64,000 bases of DNA, from assembly GCA_048884965.1 (NCBI GenBank), contig JBHLQH010000005.1, forward strand, positions 32,001-96,000, written 5' to 3'. This DNA comes from Candidatus Thorarchaeota archaeon. Lineage in GTDB: Archaea; Asgardarchaeota; Thorarchaeia; Thorarchaeales; Thorarchaeaceae. Shown here in pieces: positions 17,651 through 27,555 of this stretch. Each line of letters opens with the position of its first letter. Position 1 is the first letter of the stretch. A model generated the notes under the pieces. That model ran no database searches, was not told the DNA's origin, and saw nothing but the letters and a program-made list of their open reading frames with translations. Made by a program: the position numbers and the translations under genes.

Positions 17651-19393
17651 ATGCCTCCAATGGATGACCTTGAAGTCTTTGTTCGAAAAGCAGTTCTGGA
17701 AAATGCAGTCAAGTATGATGGTAAACCGAACACGAAATCAGTCATGGGAATGATAATGGGTTCTCGAGCTGATTTGCGTTCTCGTGCATCAGAAGTAAAG
17801 GAATTGGTGACTACTTTAGTTTCAGAAATAGAGAAACTACCCCTTGCTGAACAGAGAGTTCAACTTCTAAAACTCGATCCATCTGCATTGGATGAGGAAG
17901 AGCCAGAAGTCCAAGAGGACAAAGAGATGCCCGATCTTCCCAATCTGGCTAAGTGGGACAGGGTCGTGATGCGACTTGCTCCATTTCCATCAGGTCCATT
18001 ACATATCGGCAATGCAAGAATGGTCGTTTTGAATGATTATTATGTTAAGCGATATAATGGCAGATTGCTACTAGTCTTTGATGATACGATTGGGTCTTCA
18101 GAGAAACAAGTGGAAACCGAAGCATTCGATCTTATCCCTGAAGGATTAGATTACCTAAATGTGGATGTTCATGAAACCGTATACAAGTCGGATAGGATGG
18201 ATTTATTCTACAAGTATGCTATTGACCTAATAGAAAAGGAACATGCATATGTCTGTGATTGCGATGCTAATCTTTGGAGGTCTGAGCACAAGATACCTGG
18301 AAAGCCTTGTGCTTGTCGAACACTTCCTATTGAAGAGAATCTGGCCCGATGGGAAAAGATGCTCGATGGCACCTATCCCGAAAAATCCGCTGCTGTGCGG
18401 CTTAAGACTGGGATGACTGATCCTGACCCTGCGATGCGCGATCATGTGATTCTAAGGATCTCAGAAACTGAACACCCTCGTGTGGGTACCAAATATCGAG
18501 TATGGCCCCTTCTAGAATATTCTTGGGGCATCGATGATCATGAACTTGGAGTGTCCCATATAATACGAGGAAAGGATCTCGTTAAGGAAGGGAAGATTGA
18601 GAAGTTTATCTGGAATCTATATGGGTGGAAAGACCCCGAGCTGTTATACTATGGTAGATTGAAGTTTCAAGATGCTAAATTAAGCAAGAGTAAATCACGA
18701 CAAGAGGTTCTAAGTGGTGTTTATTCTGGATGGACTGATCCAAGGACTTGGAGTATGCAGTCTCTAGAGCGTAGGGGAATTCATCCTGCCGCGATACGAA
18801 AAGCGATGCTAGATCTTGGTCTGAGTATCGTTGATATTTCTATATCGATGAAGTCAGTCTACTCTGAGAATAGAAAGCTGAGGGATGCTGATGCTCCGCG
18901 TTTGTTCTTCGTTCAGAACCCCGTTTGGATTGAATCCATTGGGTTTCCAAGTGATATAAAGGTCGCCGAAGCTCCTGTCCATCCTGATTTCCCTGATCGT
19001 GGTAATCGTGAGATCCCGTTGACCTTCACCGCAGGAGTTCCCACTCTGGGTATTGCGATCAAGGACTTTGACCGAATCGAGGATGGAAGTCTGTTTCGAA
19101 TGAAGGATTTAGCGAACTTTACTTTGAGAAAGGACTCAACACCAAGAGCAGAGTTTCATAGTTTGGATGTTGAAGAAGTTCGGAAAGTCAACGGTCCCAT
19201 TATCCATTGGATTCCAAAGGAAGAAAGTGTGCCTATCGAGCTAACAGATGTTGATGGTACTATTGCCAAAGGACTTGCTGAGCCTGCTATCACTCAGTAC
19301 CCATCTGGGACTTTCCTTCAGTTTGAAAGAGTTGGGTTTGCCAGAATCTTTGACAAGTCTGACATCATACAAGTAGCCTTTGCTCACAAATAA
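17651..19393 (+). CDS. gltX: Glutamate--tRNA ligase (archaeal type)
   Basis: RLAPFPSGPLHIGN (HIGH), LSKSK (KMSKS-like), IIRGKD and QFERVGF. Confidence 0.96.
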   Translation: MPPMDDLEVFVRKAVLENAVKYDGKPNTKSVMGMIMGSRADLRSRASEVKELVTTLVSEIEKLPLAEQRVQLLKLDPSALDEEEPEVQEDKEMPDLPNLAKWDRVVMRLAPFPSGPLHIGNARMVVLNDYYVKRYNGRLLLVFDDTIGSSEKQVETEAFDLIPEGLDYLNVDVHETVYKSDRMDLFYKYAIDLIEKEHAYVCDCDANLWRSEHKIPGKPCACRTLPIEENLARWEKMLDGTYPEKSAAVRLKTGMTDPDPAMRDHVILRISETEHPRVGTKYRVWPLLEYSWGIDDHELGVSHIIRGKDLVKEGKIEKFIWNLYGWKDPELLYYGRLKFQDAKLSKSKSRQEVLSGVYSGWTDPRTWSMQSLERRGIHPAAIRKAMLDLGLSIVDISISMKSVYSENRKLRDADAPRLFFVQNPVWIESIGFPSDIKVAEAPVHPDFPDRGNREIPLTFTAGVPTLGIAIKDFDRIEDGSLFRMKDLANFTLRKDSTPRAEFHSLDVEEVRKVNGPIIHWIPKEESVPIELTDVDGTIAKGLAEPAITQYPSGTFLQFERVGFARIFDKSDIIQVAFAHK

Positions 19394-19437
19394 TGCGTCG
19401 CCAAAGATGAAATAAGGGAAGGCTCTCCATTCTGGCA

Positions 19438-20202
19438 ATGGGGTTTCAAATGTCAAAGAAGAAGAAAACGGCGAAACCAACTCTATCTGCATCATTGTTT
19501 AAGCTAACAGGTGCAGCAGCCAAATTGAAAATTGACGACAAAAAGAAGAAGACTTACTACTTCACTGAGAAAGTGAAGCCTGACAAAGCAGCCAAGTTGG
19601 CTATTGATACTGCCGCTGAGATCATGGAGGTCAGTGCGGATTCTATCAAAGTAGGCAAACCCGCGCTCAAGTATGACTTCTATTCAATATATGATGCTGA
19701 AGTCGTAATGAAGTACCTTAGTGTACGACAACAGGAAATTGGTGTCTATGAACAGCTGCAAGGCGCAATGGTCGGGAAGGATGTCATTCTTCCAAAGAAG
19801 GGAAAGGATGTTCCTGGAAAAGCCATATTCCTAGACATCATTGAACTCTATGAAACATCAAATACTACTTCCTACATTCTTGATGGTTCCACAGGCTTTG
19901 CTGCTAGGACTCTGGAATCACTCTTGAAAGGTCCTGGCAAGAAAGCAGCAACTTCTGCATGGATTACAAAGGCGAAAGTATCACCTGGTAAGTTCAACTC
20001 CTTGGATAAAATCGTCAAAGCCATCGCAGTAGACGCATCTAAGATTCCAAAGGATGCCAAGCGTGTAGCTGAACACAGTCTGACTTTCAAAACACTTGAA
20101 GGATACTATGTTCCGACCTATTATGTCACTGCCACAGCTGGAGCAAAATCAAAGATCCTTCGCATCAATGCAGTGAATGGTAATGTTGCCCTCAAGGTAT
20201 AG
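19438..20202 (+). CDS. Hypothetical basic, Lys-rich protein
   Basis: 254-aa ORF with coherent composition; no recognised family; the start may be 19450. Confidence 0.75.
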   Translation: MGFQMSKKKKTAKPTLSASLFKLTGAAAKLKIDDKKKKTYYFTEKVKPDKAAKLAIDTAAEIMEVSADSIKVGKPALKYDFYSIYDAEVVMKYLSVRQQEIGVYEQLQGAMVGKDVILPKKGKDVPGKAIFLDIIELYETSNTTSYILDGSTGFAARTLESLLKGPGKKAATSAWITKAKVSPGKFNSLDKIVKAIAVDASKIPKDAKRVAEHSLTFKTLEGYYVPTYYVTATAGAKSKILRINAVNGNVALKV

Positions 20203-20205
20203 TAT

Positions 20206-21789
20206 CTATTTGCTTGTAGATAGTGATCCCCACCCTCCGCCTCCGGGGGTCTCTATCCTAATTTTTGATCCCTTCAGTGCCTTCACAGTCGTCTTTGACT
20301 GAATTACATATTCCTGATTCTCGAACGTCAAAACATTCTTTCCGACTTGAGCATCTCCTCCTCCAGCCAATCCTGAAGGGCGAAGAAACCTGCGTTCTGA
20401 TTGTATGGACACGATGAAATCATCATCAAGAAGCTCAATCTCCCGAATCAATCCCTCGCCTCCTTTCCATCTACCATCTCCACCACTTCCAGTTCGTAGT
20501 GAATATCGGGTAATCCTAAGAGGATATTCTATCTCAAGCGACTCAATTGGAGTGTTTAGGGTATTTGTCATATGAGTGTGTATTCCGCTGGCGCCATCCA
20601 ATCCCTTGATTCCTCCTGACCCACCTCCAATAGTTTCATAGAAAGAGAAGGGTTTGTTGAATCTCCCGTCAAATCCTCCGATGGTTAGATTGTTCATCGT
20701 TCCTTGGCTTGCCGCAGGAATCATCTCAGGAGTAATCTTTGACAAGCAACCTAGTACAACATCCACAATTCTCTGTGAGGTTTCGACATTTCCAGCTGAA
20801 ACGGCTGCTGGGTACAAGGGATTCAGTAGTGATCCAGATGGTACAAAGGTATCGAGAATGCTCCAACATCCTTCATTAATTGGAATGCCTTTTCCAAAGA
20901 CCGCTATAAAGACATAATATACAGAGGAAAGCGTAGATGCTATTGGACAATTGATGTTTCCTGCAACTTGATTGGCTGTTCCCTCAAATGTAATTGATGC
21001 TCCTCTATCAGAGATGCTGATCGAACAGACGATTGGTATTTGGAATGAGCCTGCACCATCACTTTCCATGTAATCTCTAGAGGTTCCTTTCATTCCCGCA
21101 TAAGGAATCATAGCCTTCTGCATCAAATCCATCGAGTATTGCTTCAATTCATGATAAATCTTCAGAACTCCTTCTGTACCATGTTCTTTCATAATCGATT
21201 GAAGTCGTCTAGCGCCTACTGTGTTTGCCGCAATTTGGGATGCCAAATCCCCCAGTCTCTCTTCAGGCGTTCTCGTCGCTTTTAGGATATCATCAATCCA
21301 ATCTGTGACGAGCTTCCAATCTTTTACGATCAAGCGCGGTGGTATCACTATACCTTCTTCATGAATGTCAAGTGAAAGTCCTGGCATCGAGCCCGGACTC
21401 GTTCCGCCTATATCTGCGTGGTGTGCTCTATTCGCCACGAAGCCTACATGTTGGTCTGCCATAAAGACCGGACATACCACTGTCAAGTCAGGAAGGTGGC
21501 TACCTCCTGAATACGGATCATTGAGAAGAGCCATTGATCCCTCTGACATATCATCTTCGAGTTCATCTATGCATGCTCTAACTGAACAAGGCATTGCACC
21601 CAGATGAACAGGGATATCTTTTGACTGAGCAACAAGCTGTCCCTCATCATCAAAAACAGCGCAACTGCAATCCCTTCTTTCTTTGATATTTGGACTGAAT
21701 GAAGCTCTTCTAAGTGTAAGGCTCATCTCTCTGGCAGTTGACAACAATGCATTCTTGATAACCTCGAACGCAATAGGGTCCTCTATCAT
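20206..21789 (-). CDS. Hydantoinase B / 5-oxoprolinase subunit
   Basis: SPNIKERRDCSCA, IPVHLG, NDPYSGGSHLPD, HHADIGG and ETPGGGGWG. ATGA overlap with subunit A. Confidence 0.92.
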   Translation of the reverse strand: MIEDPIAFEVIKNALLSTAREMSLTLRRASFSPNIKERRDCSCAVFDDEGQLVAQSKDIPVHLGAMPCSVRACIDELEDDMSEGSMALLNDPYSGGSHLPDLTVVCPVFMADQHVGFVANRAHHADIGGTSPGSMPGLSLDIHEEGIVIPPRLIVKDWKLVTDWIDDILKATRTPEERLGDLASQIAANTVGARRLQSIMKEHGTEGVLKIYHELKQYSMDLMQKAMIPYAGMKGTSRDYMESDGAGSFQIPIVCSISISDRGASITFEGTANQVAGNINCPIASTLSSVYYVFIAVFGKGIPINEGCWSILDTFVPSGSLLNPLYPAAVSAGNVETSQRIVDVVLGCLSKITPEMIPAASQGTMNNLTIGGFDGRFNKPFSFYETIGGGSGGIKGLDGASGIHTHMTNTLNTPIESLEIEYPLRITRYSLRTGSGGDGRWKGGEGLIREIELLDDDFIVSIQSERRFLRPSGLAGGGDAQVGKNVLTFENQEYVIQSKTTVKALKGSKIRIETPGGGGWGSLSTSK

Positions 21790-23816
21790 GTTGCCCTCCT
21801 CCTTAGCCAAATCACTTCCGATTTCTTCTTTTCCAATAACCAATCTTCGTTTACCCATGTTGTCGTATCCAATTGTTCAACAATAAGTGGCCCTTCTAGT
21901 TGCTTCTCTTGAGGGATCGCATCTCTATGATACACTGGGACTTGGATTATCTCACCAGATTTGAGCGTGGCTTCTCTTTGGGAATATGACTCATCTCCAA
22001 GACTTGAGTCTTTCAGACCTTCCTGGAAACCTGCTTGAATCGCTTCCGCAACAACTCTGGCAGTAACCCATTCAATATCTCTATCCTGAAGCGTGTAGCC
22101 AAATTGCCTTTCATGTTCTTTCTCAAAGGAATCTCGTGATATCATTACCAGATCGCTGGTTTCGAAGGGGAGTTCGATGGTCAATTCATGAGATTGTCCC
22201 TTGTAACGCATGTCAACCTTCCAAGTATGAATTATTTGGTCGTTATCCGCACCCTGCTCTATCAGAGACCTTCTCGAATTACGAGTTAGCCCCTCAAGGG
22301 TCGATATGACATTAGGCATATTCTCACTCGACGCATCAAGAATGATAGATTTCATAGTGTCCACACGTAAATCCGCGCAAACTAGTCCCAAAGCTGATGT
22401 GATTCCCGGATGTTTAGGAATAAGAATTCTCTCGATTTCAAGACTCTCCGCTATGTCTACAGCCTGTGTTGGTCCTGCTCCGCCAAAAGGAACCAAGACA
22501 AAGGTTCGGGGATCTAGTCCTCTTTCTATTGTTACCTCTCTTATTGCTTGAACCATGTTCGAAGTTGAGATTTTGATGATGCCAGCCGCTGCTTCTTGAA
22601 GTGATATACCAAGAGAATCAGCAATTCTCCCTACGGCCATTCTTGCCATTCTCATATTTAGCTTGATTTCTCCACCTACAAAATACTCTGGATTCAATCT
22701 ACCAAGTATCAGATTTGCATCGGTAACTGTGGCTTGGACACCTCCATTGTCATATGCAGCAGGACCTGGAAACGCTCCTGCACTCTGAGGTCCAACGTGG
22801 AGCACTCCTGCTACATCAAGCCACGCAATGCTCCCCCCTCCAGCTCCTATGGTCTTTACGTCAACTGAAGGAAATCGCAGTGGCAATCCAGCAACCTCGT
22901 TATCTGACCTAACAGCAACTCCATCTATTATGGCACTCACATCACAGCTTGTTCCACCCATATCCAGCGTCAGTGCCCTCTTGACACCATTCTGCTTAGA
23001 AACGAACCACCCTCCAATAGCTCCTCCTGCAAGTCCTGAGATTGCAAGTCCCACTGCTCTTCCTGCAACTTGTGATCCTAGAACGGTCCCTCCATTTGAT
23101 TGCATCACATTCAGACGAGAATTTGGACAGATGAGTGAAACTGTTTTGTTCAATCTCTCTAGATACCCTACTACGAGCGGGCCTAGGTATGCCTCAAGCA
23201 CTGTGGTCGATGTCCTCTCGAATTCTCTAAATTCAGGAAGCACCTCTGAAGATGTCACAGTATAGCAGGGAATAGTATTTCGAATATTGCTTGCAATCTT
23301 CGCTTCATGCTCAGGATATCTAAAGGAGAACAGAAGCGAGATAGCAATGGCATCTGGTTTTTTTGCACACAGTTCTTCAACTACACTTTGGACTTCGGCG
23401 TCATCGAGCTTTTCGATGACCTCACCTTTCCAATCAACTCTTTCTCTGATGCCATATCTATTGTTACGCCCGACCAAAGGTCTTGGGCGCTGAGCGCAGA
23501 TGTCGTAGATATTCTCTCTATTCTGCCTTCCTATTTCAAGCACGTCTTCAAACCCTCTTGTGGTGATAAGACATACCCTTGCACCTTTACGCTCAAGCAT
23601 AGCATTTGTGGCGACTGTTGTTCCGTGAACGACAAGTTTGATTTCAGAAGGATCGATATTCTCTCTCTTCAGTATCTCTTGTATCCCTCTTGCAACAGCC
23701 TGATCTTGTGCCTCTGGTGATGAAGGGACCTTGTGCACTACTTGCCGTCCTGTTTCTGGATCACTCAGGATAAGGTCTGTAAAAGTTCCTCCAACATCAA
23801 CACCAATTATCTTCAT
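21786..23816 (-). CDS. Hydantoinase A / 5-oxoprolinase ATPase subunit
   Basis: GVDVGGTFTD, HGTTVATNA, DMGGTSCD, IGAGGGSIA and FGGAGP. Confidence 0.93.
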   Translation of the reverse strand: MKIIGVDVGGTFTDLILSDPETGRQVVHKVPSSPEAQDQAVARGIQEILKRENIDPSEIKLVVHGTTVATNAMLERKGARVCLITTRGFEDVLEIGRQNRENIYDICAQRPRPLVGRNNRYGIRERVDWKGEVIEKLDDAEVQSVVEELCAKKPDAIAISLLFSFRYPEHEAKIASNIRNTIPCYTVTSSEVLPEFREFERTSTTVLEAYLGPLVVGYLERLNKTVSLICPNSRLNVMQSNGGTVLGSQVAGRAVGLAISGLAGGAIGGWFVSKQNGVKRALTLDMGGTSCDVSAIIDGVAVRSDNEVAGLPLRFPSVDVKTIGAGGGSIAWLDVAGVLHVGPQSAGAFPGPAAYDNGGVQATVTDANLILGRLNPEYFVGGEIKLNMRMARMAVGRIADSLGISLQEAAAGIIKISTSNMVQAIREVTIERGLDPRTFVLVPFGGAGPTQAVDIAESLEIERILIPKHPGITSALGLVCADLRVDTMKSIILDASSENMPNVISTLEGLTRNSRRSLIEQGADNDQIIHTWKVDMRYKGQSHELTIELPFETSDLVMISRDSFEKEHERQFGYTLQDRDIEWVTARVVAEAIQAGFQEGLKDSSLGDESYSQREATLKSGEIIQVPVYHRDAIPQEKQLEGPLIVEQLDTTTWVNEDWLLEKKKSEVIWLRRRAT

Positions 23817-23863
23817 CGCACCTCTCTCGGAATATGTGTTAGATATGAAAGTTGGGCTTTGAT

Positions 23864-24709
23864 TCATCTTAGATTCTTGAAATAAACGATCATTCTAGAT
23901 TCGACAGTAAAGCCCACATTCTTGTAAAGACCATAGGCGCTACGATTGGATGTGTCCACTCCCAGACTGAGCATCTTGGTTCCTATTGCCTTTGCTTTAT
24001 GCATAGTCTGCACTAAGAATGATTTGGCGATGCCTATTCCCCGATATTCTTCACGCACTCCGAATCGATCCAGATGTTCCTCTTCATCGCGTGATAGGTA
24101 GATAGCAAAACCAATGACCTTCTCCTTTTCGACAAGCACGCATGATAGATGCCTGTTCAAAGAATGGTTATTGTAGGCACTTTCAAACTTCTCTCTCCGT
24201 TGGCCTTCGTTCATATTTAGGAACTCATTGTCTTCACCTGACAAGAAAGCCTGATAGTAGCAGTCGTATAGGTCTGTTTCTGAAACGCTATCCAATGGTT
24301 TGATATTAATACCTTCAGGGATTGTTCGTAATTCCAATTCCCCATGATCAAGGCTTCTTACAAGATATGCACTCTCCTCAAGAAGAGTCATATCACTTGC
24401 TTTGTACCACTTCCTATACATCTCATACTCTTTCTCACTTGAGGCATCAACCTCACTCAACATCGTTTCTAGTTGAGAAATACCCCGAGATGACGCGTAA
24501 GAGAATATGGATTCAAGAAGATAGTATGCTACCTGATCTCGTGAATCGGACTCCTTAACAATTGGCTGCCATCGCCCTAGTTCAGATAAGGACTTCCCAT
24601 TCCTATCAAGTGCTGCCCAGCCATGAAGTGTATCATCTATATACGCCAAAAACAGTGCCTCTGATGGAAATCTGGATTCGATGTTGCTAAGATATCTTCT
24701 AATCCCCAT
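23864..24709 (-). CDS. Tandem GNAT acetyltransferase (true start possibly the ATT at 24820)
   Basis: FGVREEYRGIGIAK acetyl-CoA motif and N..A..LY..VGF. Confidence 0.85.
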   Translation of the reverse strand: MGIRRYLSNIESRFPSEALFLAYIDDTLHGWAALDRNGKSLSELGRWQPIVKESDSRDQVAYYLLESIFSYASSRGISQLETMLSEVDASSEKEYEMYRKWYKASDMTLLEESAYLVRSLDHGELELRTIPEGINIKPLDSVSETDLYDCYYQAFLSGEDNEFLNMNEGQRREKFESAYNNHSLNRHLSCVLVEKEKVIGFAIYLSRDEEEHLDRFGVREEYRGIGIAKSFLVQTMHKAKAIGTKMLSLGVDTSNRSAYGLYKNVGFTVESRMIVYFKNLR

Positions 24710-25018
24710 GGCATCTCTTGCATTTTTGTAAATGCCCTTCCCAAACTCATGAGTAAAAGCAGAAATCTCATTGAGGTCAACCTCTTCCCATTTCAGAATC
24801 TCTACCTTGATTTCTATAATGCTCAGCCTCCTGATGAATAACCATTGGAAGGATTACTCATGCTTTCTCAAATCGCCTCGCTTGTCAATATCTGAAGAAA
24901 TCGTCACAAAGGCCAAAGAAAAGACCGTGTGTTGCATTATAAGCACTGCCACCTCTGCCAAGCACCATTTCACAATGATTAATTACACTTCTCTATTCCG
25001 TTAAGGAGTTGTGATATA

Positions 25019-26200
25019 ATGAGCTACTCTTACTCAGCAGTCTTGATTCGTTATGGAGAGATTGCAATAAAATCAGATCAAACCCGACGAAGAATGGTAA
25101 AGCTTCTTGTTAAACATGTCAAGGCTGCTTTGAAAGAGAAGCGATTGCAATATCACAAAGTAATCGTTGAGTATGGTCGAATCTTCATTCAAACTGATCA
25201 AGCAGATGAGGTATCTTCTGCCATAGCAAGGGTTTTTGGAATAGTATCCACGTCTCCTGTTGTTGTCACATCCTCAGACCTTCAGGTTATCAAAGACATT
25301 GGATTTGATATCGCTAAGAGTGAATTTGATCCCCGACTAACATTTGCTGTTGGAGCAAGAAGAGTAGGCAAACATGACTTCACCAGCCAGAATGTCCGAG
25401 AGGGCTTAGGTGAGCGAATATTCGAAGAACTACATTTGAAGGTGGACCTCTCCAACCCTGAGCAAACAATCTATGTCGAAGTACGGGATGAAAAAGCCTA
25501 CATATTCACTAAGACAATTCCGGGTGTGGGCGGAATGCCCACCGGTACACAGGGAAAGGTTGTGTGCACCGTCTCTACTGGTCTAGACTCGCCCATAGCT
25601 GCGTATAAGGTTATGAAGCGTGGAGCGATACCTGTGCTGGTCTATTTCGATAACACACCTCACTCTGGAGAGGGTTGTACAGAGCTAGCAATCAGGCAGG
25701 CAACAAAACTTGCTGAGTATATCTACAATTTCGATGTGAAGCTCTATATTATTCCACATGGTCCTGATCTAGATGAGATAGGTTGCCATGCTCCAGAACG
25801 AGCTACATGTGTAATGTGCAAGAGGAACATGCTTCGTCTGGCGAGGGAGGTTGCTATTCGTGAGAATGCAGATGCTATAGTCACCGGAGAAATCATCGGA
25901 GAACAAGCTTCTCAGACGACTGCGAATCTACGTTCCATAAACTCTGTGGTCACCGATTTCCCAGTCTTGCGTCCTCTCGCTGGTGATGATAAAGTGGACA
26001 TAGAGCGCTTGGCGATAGAGATAGGTACATATCAATTCGCTGAAGACGGACTCAGTTGTTGTACACTAGCTCCCAAGTATCCACTCTTGAATGCAGATAA
26101 GGACGCGTTGGAAGAAATAGATACCAAAATGAACTTCGATATTATCAAACAAGAGGTTGATAATGCACGTGTTCTCTATCTAAAGCGTAAAAATGCCTGA
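25019..26200 (+). CDS. thiI: tRNA 4-thiouridine(8) synthase ThiI
   Basis: IRYGEIAIKS, THUMP domain, STGLDSP PP-loop, CVMC, TGEIIGEQASQT and RPL. Confidence 0.93.
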   Translation: MSYSYSAVLIRYGEIAIKSDQTRRRMVKLLVKHVKAALKEKRLQYHKVIVEYGRIFIQTDQADEVSSAIARVFGIVSTSPVVVTSSDLQVIKDIGFDIAKSEFDPRLTFAVGARRVGKHDFTSQNVREGLGERIFEELHLKVDLSNPEQTIYVEVRDEKAYIFTKTIPGVGGMPTGTQGKVVCTVSTGLDSPIAAYKVMKRGAIPVLVYFDNTPHSGEGCTELAIRQATKLAEYIYNFDVKLYIIPHGPDLDEIGCHAPERATCVMCKRNMLRLAREVAIRENADAIVTGEIIGEQASQTTANLRSINSVVTDFPVLRPLAGDDKVDIERLAIEIGTYQFAEDGLSCCTLAPKYPLLNADKDALEEIDTKMNFDIIKQEVDNARVLYLKRKNA

Positions 26201-26313
26201 TATCCTGTTCGCGCCTTTTGAGTGTTTTATAAGCTCGAATATAATCTTTTAAATAGAGTATGGCCTCATTTGGCACCTAATAACTGTGATTAGAAGTCTT
26301 GGTTGTGTTTACA

Positions 26314-26559
26314 ATGCCCCGTTCAAGAAAGAATAGAATAATTCCAGTGGCACCAGTTGATCGACTTATGAGGGATCAACTCTCATCGAAGGTTGATCGA
26401 GTCAGCGACAAAGGTGCTGAGCGACTTGCACAGATCCTTGAGGAGATAGGCGCACACATCTCCAAGATGGCTGTTGAACTTGTGGAATTTAGGGATAGGA
26501 AGACCATTACGGATAAGGACGTAGATCTTGCTTACAAGCAATGGCGCCGTCAATTGTAG
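26314..26559 (+). CDS. Archaeal histone (variant)
   Basis: IPVAPVDRLMR...RVS..GAERLA..LEE.......A......RKTI..KDV histone-fold signature; TTTTAAATA TATA box upstream. Confidence 0.9.
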   Translation: MPRSRKNRIIPVAPVDRLMRDQLSSKVDRVSDKGAERLAQILEEIGAHISKMAVELVEFRDRKTITDKDVDLAYKQWRRQL

Positions 26560-26641
26560 CCTTATCGAAAACGAAGGACTTTCTAAGGGCTTTCGCCCAC
26601 AAAGTAATGTACTCAATTCGCACTGCCGGGAGAGTGATTAG

Positions 26642-27340
26642 ATGAGTCACAAGTCCATTCCTGTTGATGATGGGATTGCATTACTCAGTGTGCATCATGT
26701 TACTCCCGAATTCGAAGATGCTGTTGTACAAACATGCGACCGTCTTGATGAAATCGGAATATCTGATTTCACCCTCTTGGTTACACCTTTCTACAAGATG
26801 AAACGTTCGAATGCCTTCGAGAAGCATCTATTGTTTGCCGGTTATCTTTCCTCCCTTGGGCTTGAGATATCTATGCATGGTTATTCACTTCAAACCAAAT
26901 CTGGAAGCGAAGCTGAGTTTCAGAGAATGTCTAACGAGCAGATATCCTCGCGGCTAAGAATTGGTATTAGTCTAATGAGAAAGGGTTTTGAAAGAGGTCC
27001 TGTAGGATTCATACCTCCTATGTGGCTTGCTCCGCAATCCTTGGTCAGACTATCCAAGGAATTGAAGCTGAGGTACTGTGCTTCAAGTGATACGATTTAC
27101 GATCTGCAGTCTGATATGAATCATACGACCGCCTACCATATTATAGAACAAGAGTTTCGATCTATTTCGAAAGCTGATGCATTCCTCGAACTAGAACTTG
27201 GAGGGCCGGTCCAGATTTCTCTTCATCCGAAAGCATTTCTCTCAGGTAATCTATATGATCTGATTCTGGATATGAAGGATCGACTTGGTTATCGTTTCAC
27301 AGGATATGCAAACTATCTTGAGATGAAGAGGAAAAAATAA
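26642..27340 (+). CDS. Polysaccharide deacetylase-like protein (DUF2334/CE4 family)
   Basis: SVHHVTP, EISMHGY, GFIPPMW and ISLHP. Confidence 0.75.
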   Translation: MSHKSIPVDDGIALLSVHHVTPEFEDAVVQTCDRLDEIGISDFTLLVTPFYKMKRSNAFEKHLLFAGYLSSLGLEISMHGYSLQTKSGSEAEFQRMSNEQISSRLRIGISLMRKGFERGPVGFIPPMWLAPQSLVRLSKELKLRYCASSDTIYDLQSDMNHTTAYHIIEQEFRSISKADAFLELELGGPVQISLHPKAFLSGNLYDLILDMKDRLGYRFTGYANYLEMKRKK

Positions 27341-27555
27341 CGAGATTTTCTTCACATCTTCATATCTAGTAAAACCATCCGCAAATCCTTTATCTTGGTT
27401 CTGACGAAAAATCGAAAGATATGCCTCAATGACGAATGGGTTCACCGGACACAGATTATTATATACTTGATAATCAATGCATTCCTGTCTAGTGAAGAGA
27501 CTATTCAATCGGAGGAAGGTTCCACTACTGGACAAATGACAATGAGGTCATAGAA

